Positions 27,849-35,809 of a DNA stretch of 64,000 bases are shown piece by piece. Below the pieces are notes generated by a model. It was not told where the DNA came from. It saw nothing but the letters and a program-made list of their open reading frames with translations, and made no database searches. Both the position numbers and the translations under genes were made by a program. The stretch's first letter is position 1, and every line of letters starts with the position of its first letter. The stretch is taken from the sequence record NC_061449.1, one strand, 5' to 3'.

Positions 27849-28198
27849 TGCCTCCTGTAATTCGTTTCAACGAACAAACCTGCGAACTGCTGAAAAAGAC
27901 TTTCGGCATTGATTCACCTTTCATTGTCGTGCGTCGTGAGCGCATCATCGAAGACGGTAAGCCTTTCGGTGAGCGTGTCTATTTGAACAACGGCATTCAC
28001 ACCGTGACTGTGCCTAACGTACAGGGTCTCGACTTCGGCGATAAGCTGTATCTCGCCGAAGATATGGAAGTGTATGAGTGGCACCCGCACTTCGGCCTTC
28101 ATCCTACCATTCATCATTCTGTAAGCAATAACCAGAAGACTGCGCTCTCGTTCGGCCTTCATCCTATCATCTACCATAAAGACAGTCGGAACTCTTAA
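27848..28198 (+). CDS. hypothetical protein with duplicated C-terminal FGLHP motif
   Basis: 16-bp direct repeat TTCGGCCTTCATCCTA at 28091 and 28151. Confidence 0.6.
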   Translation: MPPVIRFNEQTCELLKKTFGIDSPFIVVRRERIIEDGKPFGERVYLNNGIHTVTVPNVQGLDFGDKLYLAEDMEVYEWHPHFGLHPTIHHSVSNNQKTALSFGLHPIIYHKDSRNS

Positions 28199-29298
28199 TG
28201 AACAAGCAACCTCTTGATCTGCGCGATCCAAATCAATACGAAGTTTACTCTCTGCACTGCGTAGACGAACAGTACATCAACCTAGGCAACGCTATTCTGG
28301 CGTGTGGTACTGACGAATCAGATCTCGGTCGCACCGAAGATACGTGGCGTACTCTGATTGGCGTCGGCTTCCAGTTGTCTAATACACTGATCGCTTTCCC
28401 TGCGCTGCTGTCTGCACGTAAGAACTGGTTCGCTGCTGTGGATGAAACCTGCTGGTTCATGCGCGGCGACACGAACATCAGCACTCTCCAGTCTAAAATC
28501 TGGAACGAATGGGCAGATGAAGAAGGCGAATGCGGTCCTATCTACGGTGAGATGTGGCGGCGCTGGCCTGACCTGAAAGCGTACTACGACTACACGCAAC
28601 CACAGCACTCTGAGCCTACTGCTGAGATGATTCGTGTGCGTAACGAAATCCTGCGTATGCGCGAAGACGGGTATATCGAAACGCAACTGACTGACGGGCG
28701 CATTCTGTTCGAAGGTCAGATTGACCAGTTCGCTAACGCACTGCATCAGGTTATGGCGCGTTCTCGCTCTCGTCGTATTCGCGTTCAGGCATTCAACCCT
28801 GCGTATCAGAACATGCAGGGTCTGCCTCCGTGTCACACCGAATTTGAGTTCAATGTGACTCAGCCTACTCAGTACGAGATCGCACAGATGGAAGCGCGCG
28901 GTATGGCTCCGTCTGACGCATCGTTGCATATCGTTGTGACCATGCGTTCCAATGATGTGCTGCTCGGGCGCCCGTTCAACATCATGGGCTACAGCGCGAT
29001 GCACCAACTGATTGCCAAGTGGGCTGGGTTGAACGTAGGTAGCTTTACGCTGAACACGACGAACACGCATCTGTATACGCATCACTTCGAAGCGTTCGAA
29101 CAGCAGAAGCAACAATGGGCGGCGCTCAGTGACCTGATGAAGAAAACTGGTCAGCCTATTCAATACCCGCTGCTCGAAATCAGCGACGACATTCTCGGCC
29201 TAACGCCAGAAGAGTTGCTGGACAACGCAACGGTCGAGTGGTTCCAACTTCTCGACTACTCCCCTGCACCAGCAGTCAAAGGGCGTGTTACCAAATGA
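28198..29298 (+). CDS. thyA: thymidylate synthase
   Basis: IWNEWADE…GPIYGEMWRRW, RR, LPPCH catalytic Cys, RSNDVLLGRPFNI, HLY. Confidence 0.92.
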   Translation: MNKQPLDLRDPNQYEVYSLHCVDEQYINLGNAILACGTDESDLGRTEDTWRTLIGVGFQLSNTLIAFPALLSARKNWFAAVDETCWFMRGDTNISTLQSKIWNEWADEEGECGPIYGEMWRRWPDLKAYYDYTQPQHSEPTAEMIRVRNEILRMREDGYIETQLTDGRILFEGQIDQFANALHQVMARSRSRRIRVQAFNPAYQNMQGLPPCHTEFEFNVTQPTQYEIAQMEARGMAPSDASLHIVVTMRSNDVLLGRPFNIMGYSAMHQLIAKWAGLNVGSFTLNTTNTHLYTHHFEAFEQQKQQWAALSDLMKKTGQPIQYPLLEISDDILGLTPEELLDNATVEWFQLLDYSPAPAVKGRVTK

Positions 29299-29945
29299 AT
29301 AACGATAACTTCATTTTGATTAAACGCCTGAGTGCGTTCCTATATGTGGGGTATGCAGAGCAGGAGCTGTATATCCCACGTCGTGGCGTTCAGAGCATTC
29401 ACGTTGTCATTCCTGATCCGAAAGGTGATGACGAACCTATTCTGGACATGCAGGCGCGTTGCATCTATCATCTGCCGCACAACTGTTTCATTCTGCAAGC
29501 AACGCAGAACGACGAAGCCTCTGAGTCAATGTGTGCTATGAAGTCGCATTGCAAGTACAACGAAGGTCTGTTCCAGAAGTCAGTACACGGCCGCGAGCAA
29601 GCTGCCCTTAACCTGATTATGAACGAGCTGCGTGACGCAGAAACAGATCACCCGACGTGGCCGGAAGAATGTATTCACGCTGCGTCCATTGTCGTCGAAG
29701 AAGCAGGTGAGTTGCTGCGGGACTGCGCTACGTTTGAAGAAAACGGTGATGAACGTCTGATCGTTAACATGCAGTTGGAAGCGGTGCAGACAGGTGCAAT
29801 GGCAGTGCGCTTCATTAAGAATCTGCCGTTCAGCCAGAAGCGCACTATCCCACACAACGCTCTGCGTTCTATCCTCGAATCTGAAATGTCGCCAGAAGAA
29901 CAACTGATTGAGTTGCGTCGTCTGGTGCAAAATGGAGTGAGCTGA
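29295..29945 (+). CDS. protein with C-terminal MazG-like (all-alpha NTP pyrophosphatase) domain
   Basis: HPTWPEE…IVVEEAGEL…LEAVQTGAMAVRF. Confidence 0.65.
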   Translation: MNNDNFILIKRLSAFLYVGYAEQELYIPRRGVQSIHVVIPDPKGDDEPILDMQARCIYHLPHNCFILQATQNDEASESMCAMKSHCKYNEGLFQKSVHGREQAALNLIMNELRDAETDHPTWPEECIHAASIVVEEAGELLRDCATFEENGDERLIVNMQLEAVQTGAMAVRFIKNLPFSQKRTIPHNALRSILESEMSPEEQLIELRRLVQNGVS

Positions 29946-30835
29946 TGAAACTGTTAGGCTACGCTGCCTGTGGCGGCACACCCTTTCGTATTCTGCGTGT
30001 AGAAGACGCAGGTAAACTCACTGACGGTACGCACGAACGTATTGACCTGTTCGACTGTATCTTCACTAACGTTGACGTGTCGCACGACATTGATACAGGT
30101 CATGCTATTCTCTCGCTGCCTGAACCTACTGACTGGCGTGTCGATATGACCAGTAAGATGTTCACTAAAGAATACATGGACTGGTTCAACGGTTACACAC
30201 CGACAATCGAAGTCCTACTGAACGCCCACAAGCTGAAAGCGATTCTGCCGAACATCACGCAGGAGTTTGACCAGTTCGTTGTGTGGCTGAAAGAGCAAAT
30301 AGCGAAGATGCCAACGCTCGAAGTTGAGTTTAAGCACGACACACTGAAAGCTGTTAAGACAGGCAACAAGTACGACATTTGGATGTTGTACAAACACTAT
30401 CTGATGGTTGACGGCAATCTGATTGTGACGCGTAACCCTGAAGGTGATGTTATCTTCCACGATGCGCACATCTCTGAAAAGGGTACGCAACATTGGTTGC
30501 TTGAGCACAACAAAGAGATGATGCGCCTAGCAGCAGAAAACGATCTGCTTGCTGCATACATCACGTTCGGCGTTGACCGTGGTGCGCCTAAGTACCAGTA
30601 TACGTTCGTTGCCCGCGACGGTGGTTACACGACTCGTCCTGTAGATGATGCAGAGTTCACGCACATCTCAATTCGCGGTCAGATGCCTGTCGTGTTGTTC
30701 AAAGACGAAGGCGCTAATCTGAATCTCACTGTGAGCATCGAACAGCACTTCCCTCAGAAGTATCTGGACTTTGAACGCAGTGCTCGGCCAACAATCGGCT
30801 ACAACCATGCACTAAATCTGATTCGTTTCATCTGA
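29945..30835 (+). CDS. hypothetical protein
   Basis: 296-aa coupled ORF. Confidence 0.65.
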   Translation: MKLLGYAACGGTPFRILRVEDAGKLTDGTHERIDLFDCIFTNVDVSHDIDTGHAILSLPEPTDWRVDMTSKMFTKEYMDWFNGYTPTIEVLLNAHKLKAILPNITQEFDQFVVWLKEQIAKMPTLEVEFKHDTLKAVKTGNKYDIWMLYKHYLMVDGNLIVTRNPEGDVIFHDAHISEKGTQHWLLEHNKEMMRLAAENDLLAAYITFGVDRGAPKYQYTFVARDGGYTTRPVDDAEFTHISIRGQMPVVLFKDEGANLNLTVSIEQHFPQKYLDFERSARPTIGYNHALNLIRFI

Positions 30836-30885
30836 GGCGCTGTCTCTTGTTCAGCATAATTTGATTATCTAACAGGAGACTTGCC

Positions 30886-31221
30886 ATGAAATATGATCCG
30901 AAGAAAGACTTTCACCCTTTTCAATATCTGGGTGCACCTAAAGTTCCGCACACAGGCTTCTTAGGCAGCACAGTGAACTTAGTCGAGAACGACGTAAACA
31001 TCGGTCAAGACGAATGCACGTTTGAGTTTACTGTCGCCCAGATGAATGAGATGGACAGAGGTACTGTTACGTTCCGGGCGAAAGACTCGGGCGGAGGTAT
31101 CGACATTAAGAAATGCTCGGTCTCTGGTCTGAAAATGGTAATTAAGCTGGACCGTCGTGTTGTGCAGTTCGGCAAAGTTCAGGTCGAATGGCAAACGACA
31201 CCCCGACACTATTACTACTAA
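30886..31221 (+). CDS. hypothetical protein
   Basis: AGGAG RBS, 111 aa. Confidence 0.6.
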   Translation: MKYDPKKDFHPFQYLGAPKVPHTGFLGSTVNLVENDVNIGQDECTFEFTVAQMNEMDRGTVTFRAKDSGGGIDIKKCSVSGLKMVIKLDRRVVQFGKVQVEWQTTPRHYYY

Positions 31222-31263
31222 TCTGTAAAGACAGAGAAAGAGCAACCGAAAAGAGATACGACA

Positions 31264-31974
31264 ATGGCAAAAACTGCTATCAAAGCAAAGGAAGGGAAAA
31301 AGAAAAAGAACGACGGACTAAAGTTTGAGTTGAAGAAACTCAACTCCGTCGCCCAGTTGAAAGGTGCAGCGTACAACCCACGCTTCATTACAGACAGTCG
31401 CCTGAAAGCGCTCGAAGGTTCTTTGGGTAGTTTCGGTGACCTGTCTGGTATCGTGTTCAACAACAACGTCAAATCGGGCGTGTTGATCTCTGGCCACCAG
31501 CGCCTGAAATCAATCGAGGGCTGGAAGACTCGCATCGAGGTCCAGAAGTCTGTTGATAAGCACGGTACAATCGGTCTGGGCTACATTCACGCAACGCATC
31601 CAAAGAAAGCTGATAAGGTGATCAGCATTCCTCTGCGTATCGTGAACTGGACCGATAAGAAAGCTGAGTATGCTGCAAACATCGCGGCGAACGCTCACGG
31701 CGGTGAGTTCGATAACAAGAAACTCGCCAAGCTGGTTGAACAGCTCGACCTCAACACAATCAAGCCTCAGTTACTTGGTCTTGACCCGTTAGAGATTCGC
31801 GGCCTGCAACAAAAGCTGAAAGTACAGGCTGTTGTGCAGGACGAAAAACGCGCTGGCAAGACTACCGGCCAGATGAACGGTAGTACCGGTAAGTTCAATG
31901 AGTACAACGCCGATGATGTTGGCGATACTCTGAACTGCACCTGCCCGCGCTGTGGATTTAAGTTCGAGGGATAA
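31264..31974 (+). CDS. ParB/sulfiredoxin-like N-terminal domain protein with C-terminal CPxCG zinc knuckle
   Basis: LKGAAYNPRFI…SLGSFG…LISGHQRLKSI; ends CTCPRCGFKFEG; directly upstream of the C5-MTase. Confidence 0.8.
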   Translation: MAKTAIKAKEGKKKKNDGLKFELKKLNSVAQLKGAAYNPRFITDSRLKALEGSLGSFGDLSGIVFNNNVKSGVLISGHQRLKSIEGWKTRIEVQKSVDKHGTIGLGYIHATHPKKADKVISIPLRIVNWTDKKAEYAANIAANAHGGEFDNKKLAKLVEQLDLNTIKPQLLGLDPLEIRGLQQKLKVQAVVQDEKRAGKTTGQMNGSTGKFNEYNADDVGDTLNCTCPRCGFKFEG

Positions 31975-31975
31975 T

Positions 31976-34105
31976 ATGATCATCAAGCCGCCTACGATGA
32001 AGGAAATCAACAAGCTGGATAAACCCTGGCGTGGTATGAGTTTCTTCGCAGGTTGCGGTGGTTCTTCTACCGGCCACAAGATGGCCGGTATCAACATCTT
32101 GCTGAGTAACGAGTTTGTTGACCCAGCAAGAGAGTCATATGAAGCGAACCACCCGACAACTAAAGTGCTGCCTCATGACATTCGCCGCCTCGATCCCGGT
32201 AAGCTGTTACGTTACTGCGGTCTCGATAAAGGCGAACTTGATTTACTTGACGGTAGTCCTCCATGCTTCACCGAAGACACTATCATTCATACAGCAGACG
32301 GCATGAAGTTCATCTCGGACATGAACGTCGGCGACAGAGCGATGACCAGTGTCGGGCAGTATTACCCCGTATACGACACAATGGTCAGACCGTATGTCGG
32401 TACGATGCACAAAGTTGAAACGCTGATCAGCAGTAACAAGGCGACGCCAGAGCATCCGTTCTTCGTTAGACGTGCTCTGGCCGAAGGTGGTTACTCTGAC
32501 CCGTTCTGGTGTGATGCGAAAGACGTGCAGGAAGGCGACTTGCTTGGCACTCCTCGAGTTACTCCAGACCAACAGCCGGGTGTGTATTACGATCAGATTG
32601 CGCAACTGCCTAAGACGATTCAGCAGTGGGTGAGCATTCCTGAGTTCTGGTGGATGGTGGGGCACTGGTGCGATCGGGGTTCAATCGAAACCGTTAGCGG
32701 CATTGAAGTCGTTAGCTTCGAATCGCATACCAGTCTTGAGAACGCGATGATTGAGCAGGCGTTTGACGCGCTCAAACTCAGTAGCCTGAATCGTATCGAC
32801 ACGATGACTGCGCAACGTAAAACGTTCCGTACTGTTATCGATGCAGAGCTGGTACAGTTCTTGCGTCGTTTCGTAAGTCAGGGCAACAACACGTTCTCCC
32901 GTCGTCTTCCTGCAATGATGTTCCACATGAGCGCCGAGCTGAAACAACAATTCATTCTCGGTTGTGCTGGGCATGACTATGTGACTGCTATGGGCACGGG
33001 TCTAGCGATCACATCAAGCAGCAAACGCTTCCTGCTTGAGCTTAACTACCTGTGCTGTTCTGCTTTCAATCGCCCTCTGTTTAACGGTATGATTTGGGGT
33101 GATGTTTACTTCGGTAGCACCATGACACCCCGCGAGCGTAACAGTTCGCGTGAGCATATAGGCTACCTGTTCCTGCAGGACGAGCACAACTTCTTCCACG
33201 AGTTCAGTGATAGCGATTCGCATCTCTGGACCGAAGTGATTGAGAACCTTGCGTATCAAGCAACGTGCGACGTGTACAATTTCTCTGTTGAAACAGACGA
33301 AACGTATGTGGCTAACGGTGTTGTAGTCCACAACTGCAAAGGCTTCTCGACTGCTGGTGTAAAAGAAGAAGGCTGGGGCAAAGAGGTTAAGTACAGCGAC
33401 AATAAATATCAGCAGGTGGATGACCTGTTCGATCAGTATTGTCGTATGCTGCAAGGCATGATGCCTAAGGTGTTCACGGCAGAAAACGTTAGTGGTCTTG
33501 TGAAGGGGATCTCGAAAGGGTATTTCCTTGAGATCATGAAGACGTTCGACAAGCTCGGTTATTATGTACGAGCGCCAATGCTGAATGCCTGTTGGCTAGG
33601 TGTACCTCAGTCGCGTGAGCGTATCATCTTCATGGGTGTGCGTAAAGACATAGCCCATGCGCTTGGCTATAAGTCGGCTCGCGAGGCTGTGCCTGATGTT
33701 ATCCCGTGCGATACGCAAGCCTTCCTGGGTGATGCGTTGCCTCACATCTTACGATACAAGACGACGCAGAAAGACCTGATCAAGTATCTGCCTGCAATTA
33801 ACGGACCGATGCCTACGATTACAGCGTCTGATGCAATCGCGTATGAAACCGCGCGTTTCTCGTCTGCTGGGTTTATCGAAGATAACAAAGGCCATCGCCG
33901 TAAACTGACCATCGACGAACTGCTGGTAGTATCTGGAATGCCGTCTGACTATAAGCTGGTTGGCAAATTCGAAGAACAGTGGGAACGTCTTGGTCGTGTC
34001 TGTGTGCCAGCAATGACACACGCAGCATCGAAGGCTTTCATCGAACATATTCTTTTGCCTTACGCGAAGAAGAAAAAGAAAAAGCCCGGCGATATATTTA
34101 AATAA
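31976..34105 (+). CDS. C5-cytosine DNA methyltransferase family, intein-split; candidate carboxymethyltransferase
   Basis: Motif I FFAGCGG, IV GSPP-C (split by intein), VI AENV, VIII QSRERI, IX RKLTIDEL, motif X ERLGRVCVP (Arg where GN[AS]V has Asn); ATG at 31976 after GAGGG. Confidence 0.9.
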   Translation: MIIKPPTMKEINKLDKPWRGMSFFAGCGGSSTGHKMAGINILLSNEFVDPARESYEANHPTTKVLPHDIRRLDPGKLLRYCGLDKGELDLLDGSPPCFTEDTIIHTADGMKFISDMNVGDRAMTSVGQYYPVYDTMVRPYVGTMHKVETLISSNKATPEHPFFVRRALAEGGYSDPFWCDAKDVQEGDLLGTPRVTPDQQPGVYYDQIAQLPKTIQQWVSIPEFWWMVGHWCDRGSIETVSGIEVVSFESHTSLENAMIEQAFDALKLSSLNRIDTMTAQRKTFRTVIDAELVQFLRRFVSQGNNTFSRRLPAMMFHMSAELKQQFILGCAGHDYVTAMGTGLAITSSSKRFLLELNYLCCSAFNRPLFNGMIWGDVYFGSTMTPRERNSSREHIGYLFLQDEHNFFHEFSDSDSHLWTEVIENLAYQATCDVYNFSVETDETYVANGVVVHNCKGFSTAGVKEEGWGKEVKYSDNKYQQVDDLFDQYCRMLQGMMPKVFTAENVSGLVKGISKGYFLEIMKTFDKLGYYVRAPMLNACWLGVPQSRERIIFMGVRKDIAHALGYKSAREAVPDVIPCDTQAFLGDALPHILRYKTTQKDLIKYLPAINGPMPTITASDAIAYETARFSSAGFIEDNKGHRRKLTIDELLVVSGMPSDYKLVGKFEEQWERLGRVCVPAMTHAASKAFIEHILLPYAKKKKKKPGDIFK
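32264..33334 (+). mobile_element. intein (357 aa) with degenerate LAGLIDADG-like region, inserted at the catalytic Cys
   Basis: Starts CFTEDT, block B ATPEHPFFV, block F/G VYNFSVETDETYVANGVVVHN, +1 residue Cys (the catalytic PC Cys). Confidence 0.92.
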
Positions 34106-34113
34106 GGGCGTCT

Positions 34114-34218
34114 ATGTTCTACGTAGGCTTAGGGTTAGGTGTCGTGATTGGAATCGTTCTCACGATATTCTGTCTGTGGTTTTTCTTCCTGAAGGACTTC
34201 GCGGTATTTCGACCGTGA
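34114..34218 (+). CDS. 34-aa single-TM protein
   Basis: MFYVGLGLGVVIGIVLTIFCLWFFFLKDFAVFRP; below the track cut-off. Confidence 0.45.
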   Translation: MFYVGLGLGVVIGIVLTIFCLWFFFLKDFAVFRP

Positions 34219-34251
34219 CCAAAGAGGACAAGGAAGTCCGGGAGATTTAAA

Positions 34252-34815
34252 ATGGCATACTGTTTAGTTCGTTCTATGATGATTGCGCATGTGCAAGATG
34301 GTCAGTTGGTTTGTTCTAAGTACAAGATCAAACTGGGAGGCGCAAACTCTACAGAGCTGTTCAACTTCATGCAGCGTGTGTTCTATGAGTACAATGGCCG
34401 CATTCTACTCGAAGACGAACAGGACCGTGATGTTCTGCCTACGCTCAACTACCGCAAGCAGGCTAAAGTGCTTGAAGGTACAGGCAGCGTGTTCTCGCGT
34501 ATTGTTCAGCTCGCGGTAAAACACAACATCACGAATTGTCGTCTGGTCAATTGCTTCAAAGACAGCGACGTGGGCTTCATGTTCTATCTACTGCAACCAA
34601 CCGTAGTCGCCTGTCAGATTCTTGAGACAGACAAAGAAGAACTGGTCGGTAAAACGTTGCTGGTGGGCGCCGACGCTGACGTTGATTATGTCGGCCGCAA
34701 TGTCGTGCCTGTTATCTGCGGTGAAAACTTCGACGTTGATGATAAGCTGTTAGGCAACAACATGTTCTCGCTGTATGACGATAGCAGCAAGCTCATGGTA
34801 ATGGTCGGTAAGTAA
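34252..34815 (+). CDS. hypothetical protein
   Basis: 187-aa ORF, GGAG RBS. Confidence 0.6.
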   Translation: MAYCLVRSMMIAHVQDGQLVCSKYKIKLGGANSTELFNFMQRVFYEYNGRILLEDEQDRDVLPTLNYRKQAKVLEGTGSVFSRIVQLAVKHNITNCRLVNCFKDSDVGFMFYLLQPTVVACQILETDKEELVGKTLLVGADADVDYVGRNVVPVICGENFDVDDKLLGNNMFSLYDDSSKLMVMVGK

Positions 34816-34816
34816 C

Positions 34817-34987
34817 ATGATACGCTACCCGATAATCTTCTTCGCTACATGGATTCTGGTAGCGTATGCGTTATCCACAGTGGACGTTACTTACGAGTGG
34901 TGTGAAAAGATTGGCATGGTGTCTGGTGCTATCATCACTCACTTTGAAATGAAATGGCAGCGCTTCATCAAGGAGCAAAGCCGATAG
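34817..34987 (+). CDS. small hydrophobic protein (56 aa)
   Basis: MIRYPIIFFATWILVAYALS…; directly after the previous stop. Confidence 0.45.
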   Translation: MIRYPIIFFATWILVAYALSTVDVTYEWCEKIGMVSGAIITHFEMKWQRFIKEQSR

Positions 34988-35057
34988 CCGCCGAGTAATC
35001 GGCATCTCGGTGTGTAGCACAAACGTGACTACACCCTCTACCTAAAAGGTATGTACT

Positions 35058-35726
35058 ATGACTAAGCAACACACTTCCTATAGTTCTGCATTCGCAATCG
35101 GTGAAAAGGCCTTGCTGTCTCTCGATAACTTCGGACAAAGCAAAGTACCGTACGGTGTTATTGAAGGCTGCATGTTCTACGGCGAGCAGCGCATGTTTCG
35201 CGTCAGCCTGTTTGTGAACGACGGACCAGAGAATAAACCGTCAGCGTTCTTACATCAAGGTCGACCTGTTGATGGTTTCCTTGCGGACGATCTGAAAGCT
35301 ATCACCGACTATCAGTACGCAGATCACATCGGACATATCGGTCGCTTCGAAGATCCAAAGCACGAAGCAATCGGTGATACTCAGTTCAAAACAGGCCAGC
35401 TGGTGGAAGTTGATATTGACCTTGAGATCCCAGGTGAGTACGACAAGTTCAACATCCCTGTGCTGATTACAGGCGTTACTTATGTTGAAGGTAAGGTGCT
35501 GTACGAAGTGAGTATTCAACGTGCTTACTACACTGACGGTCGTATTACTGGAGGTCGTTTAGTTCGTGATACTTTGAGCAATATCGACAGCATCTACATT
35601 AAGCCTATGCACGGCTGGCCGAAGACTTGCCTCGAAACAGAAGGTGACTTCCGATTACAGGGAACCGTCACAGGTCGTGTGAGTTGTGCGACTGAGAATC
35701 AGAGCGCTAAACCGCGTTCTAAGTAA
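35058..35726 (+). CDS. hypothetical protein with two similar small beta-barrel-like units
   Basis: FAIGEKALL…VIEGCMF…FRVSL and FKTGQLVEV…LITGVTY…YEVSI. Confidence 0.6.
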   Translation: MTKQHTSYSSAFAIGEKALLSLDNFGQSKVPYGVIEGCMFYGEQRMFRVSLFVNDGPENKPSAFLHQGRPVDGFLADDLKAITDYQYADHIGHIGRFEDPKHEAIGDTQFKTGQLVEVDIDLEIPGEYDKFNIPVLITGVTYVEGKVLYEVSIQRAYYTDGRITGGRLVRDTLSNIDSIYIKPMHGWPKTCLETEGDFRLQGTVTGRVSCATENQSAKPRSK

Positions 35727-35733
35727 CATCATG

Positions 35734-35770
35734 TGGGTGGCCTAGGCTGCCCATTTTTGTTTTTTTTTTT
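35734..35770 (+). terminator. intrinsic terminator with long T tail
   Basis: TGGGTGGC-CTAG-GCTGCCCA then TTTTTG and an 11-T run. Confidence 0.8.
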
Positions 35771-35809
35771 ATGTATAATTTTATTGTACATTTCTTCGTT
35801 CGAGGTACG

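Noticed and set aside
28198-29298. ThyA-family gene as a dCMP hydroxymethylase for base modification
   Set aside because: It retains RSxD…PFN with Asn (dUMP-specific) rather than Asp, and otherwise looks like an ordinary thymidylate synthase
35755-35779. Poly-T run plus TATAAT as a phase-variable sigma70 promoter
   Set aside because: The T-run is explained as a terminator tail, and there is no plausible -35 box at 16-18 nt spacing
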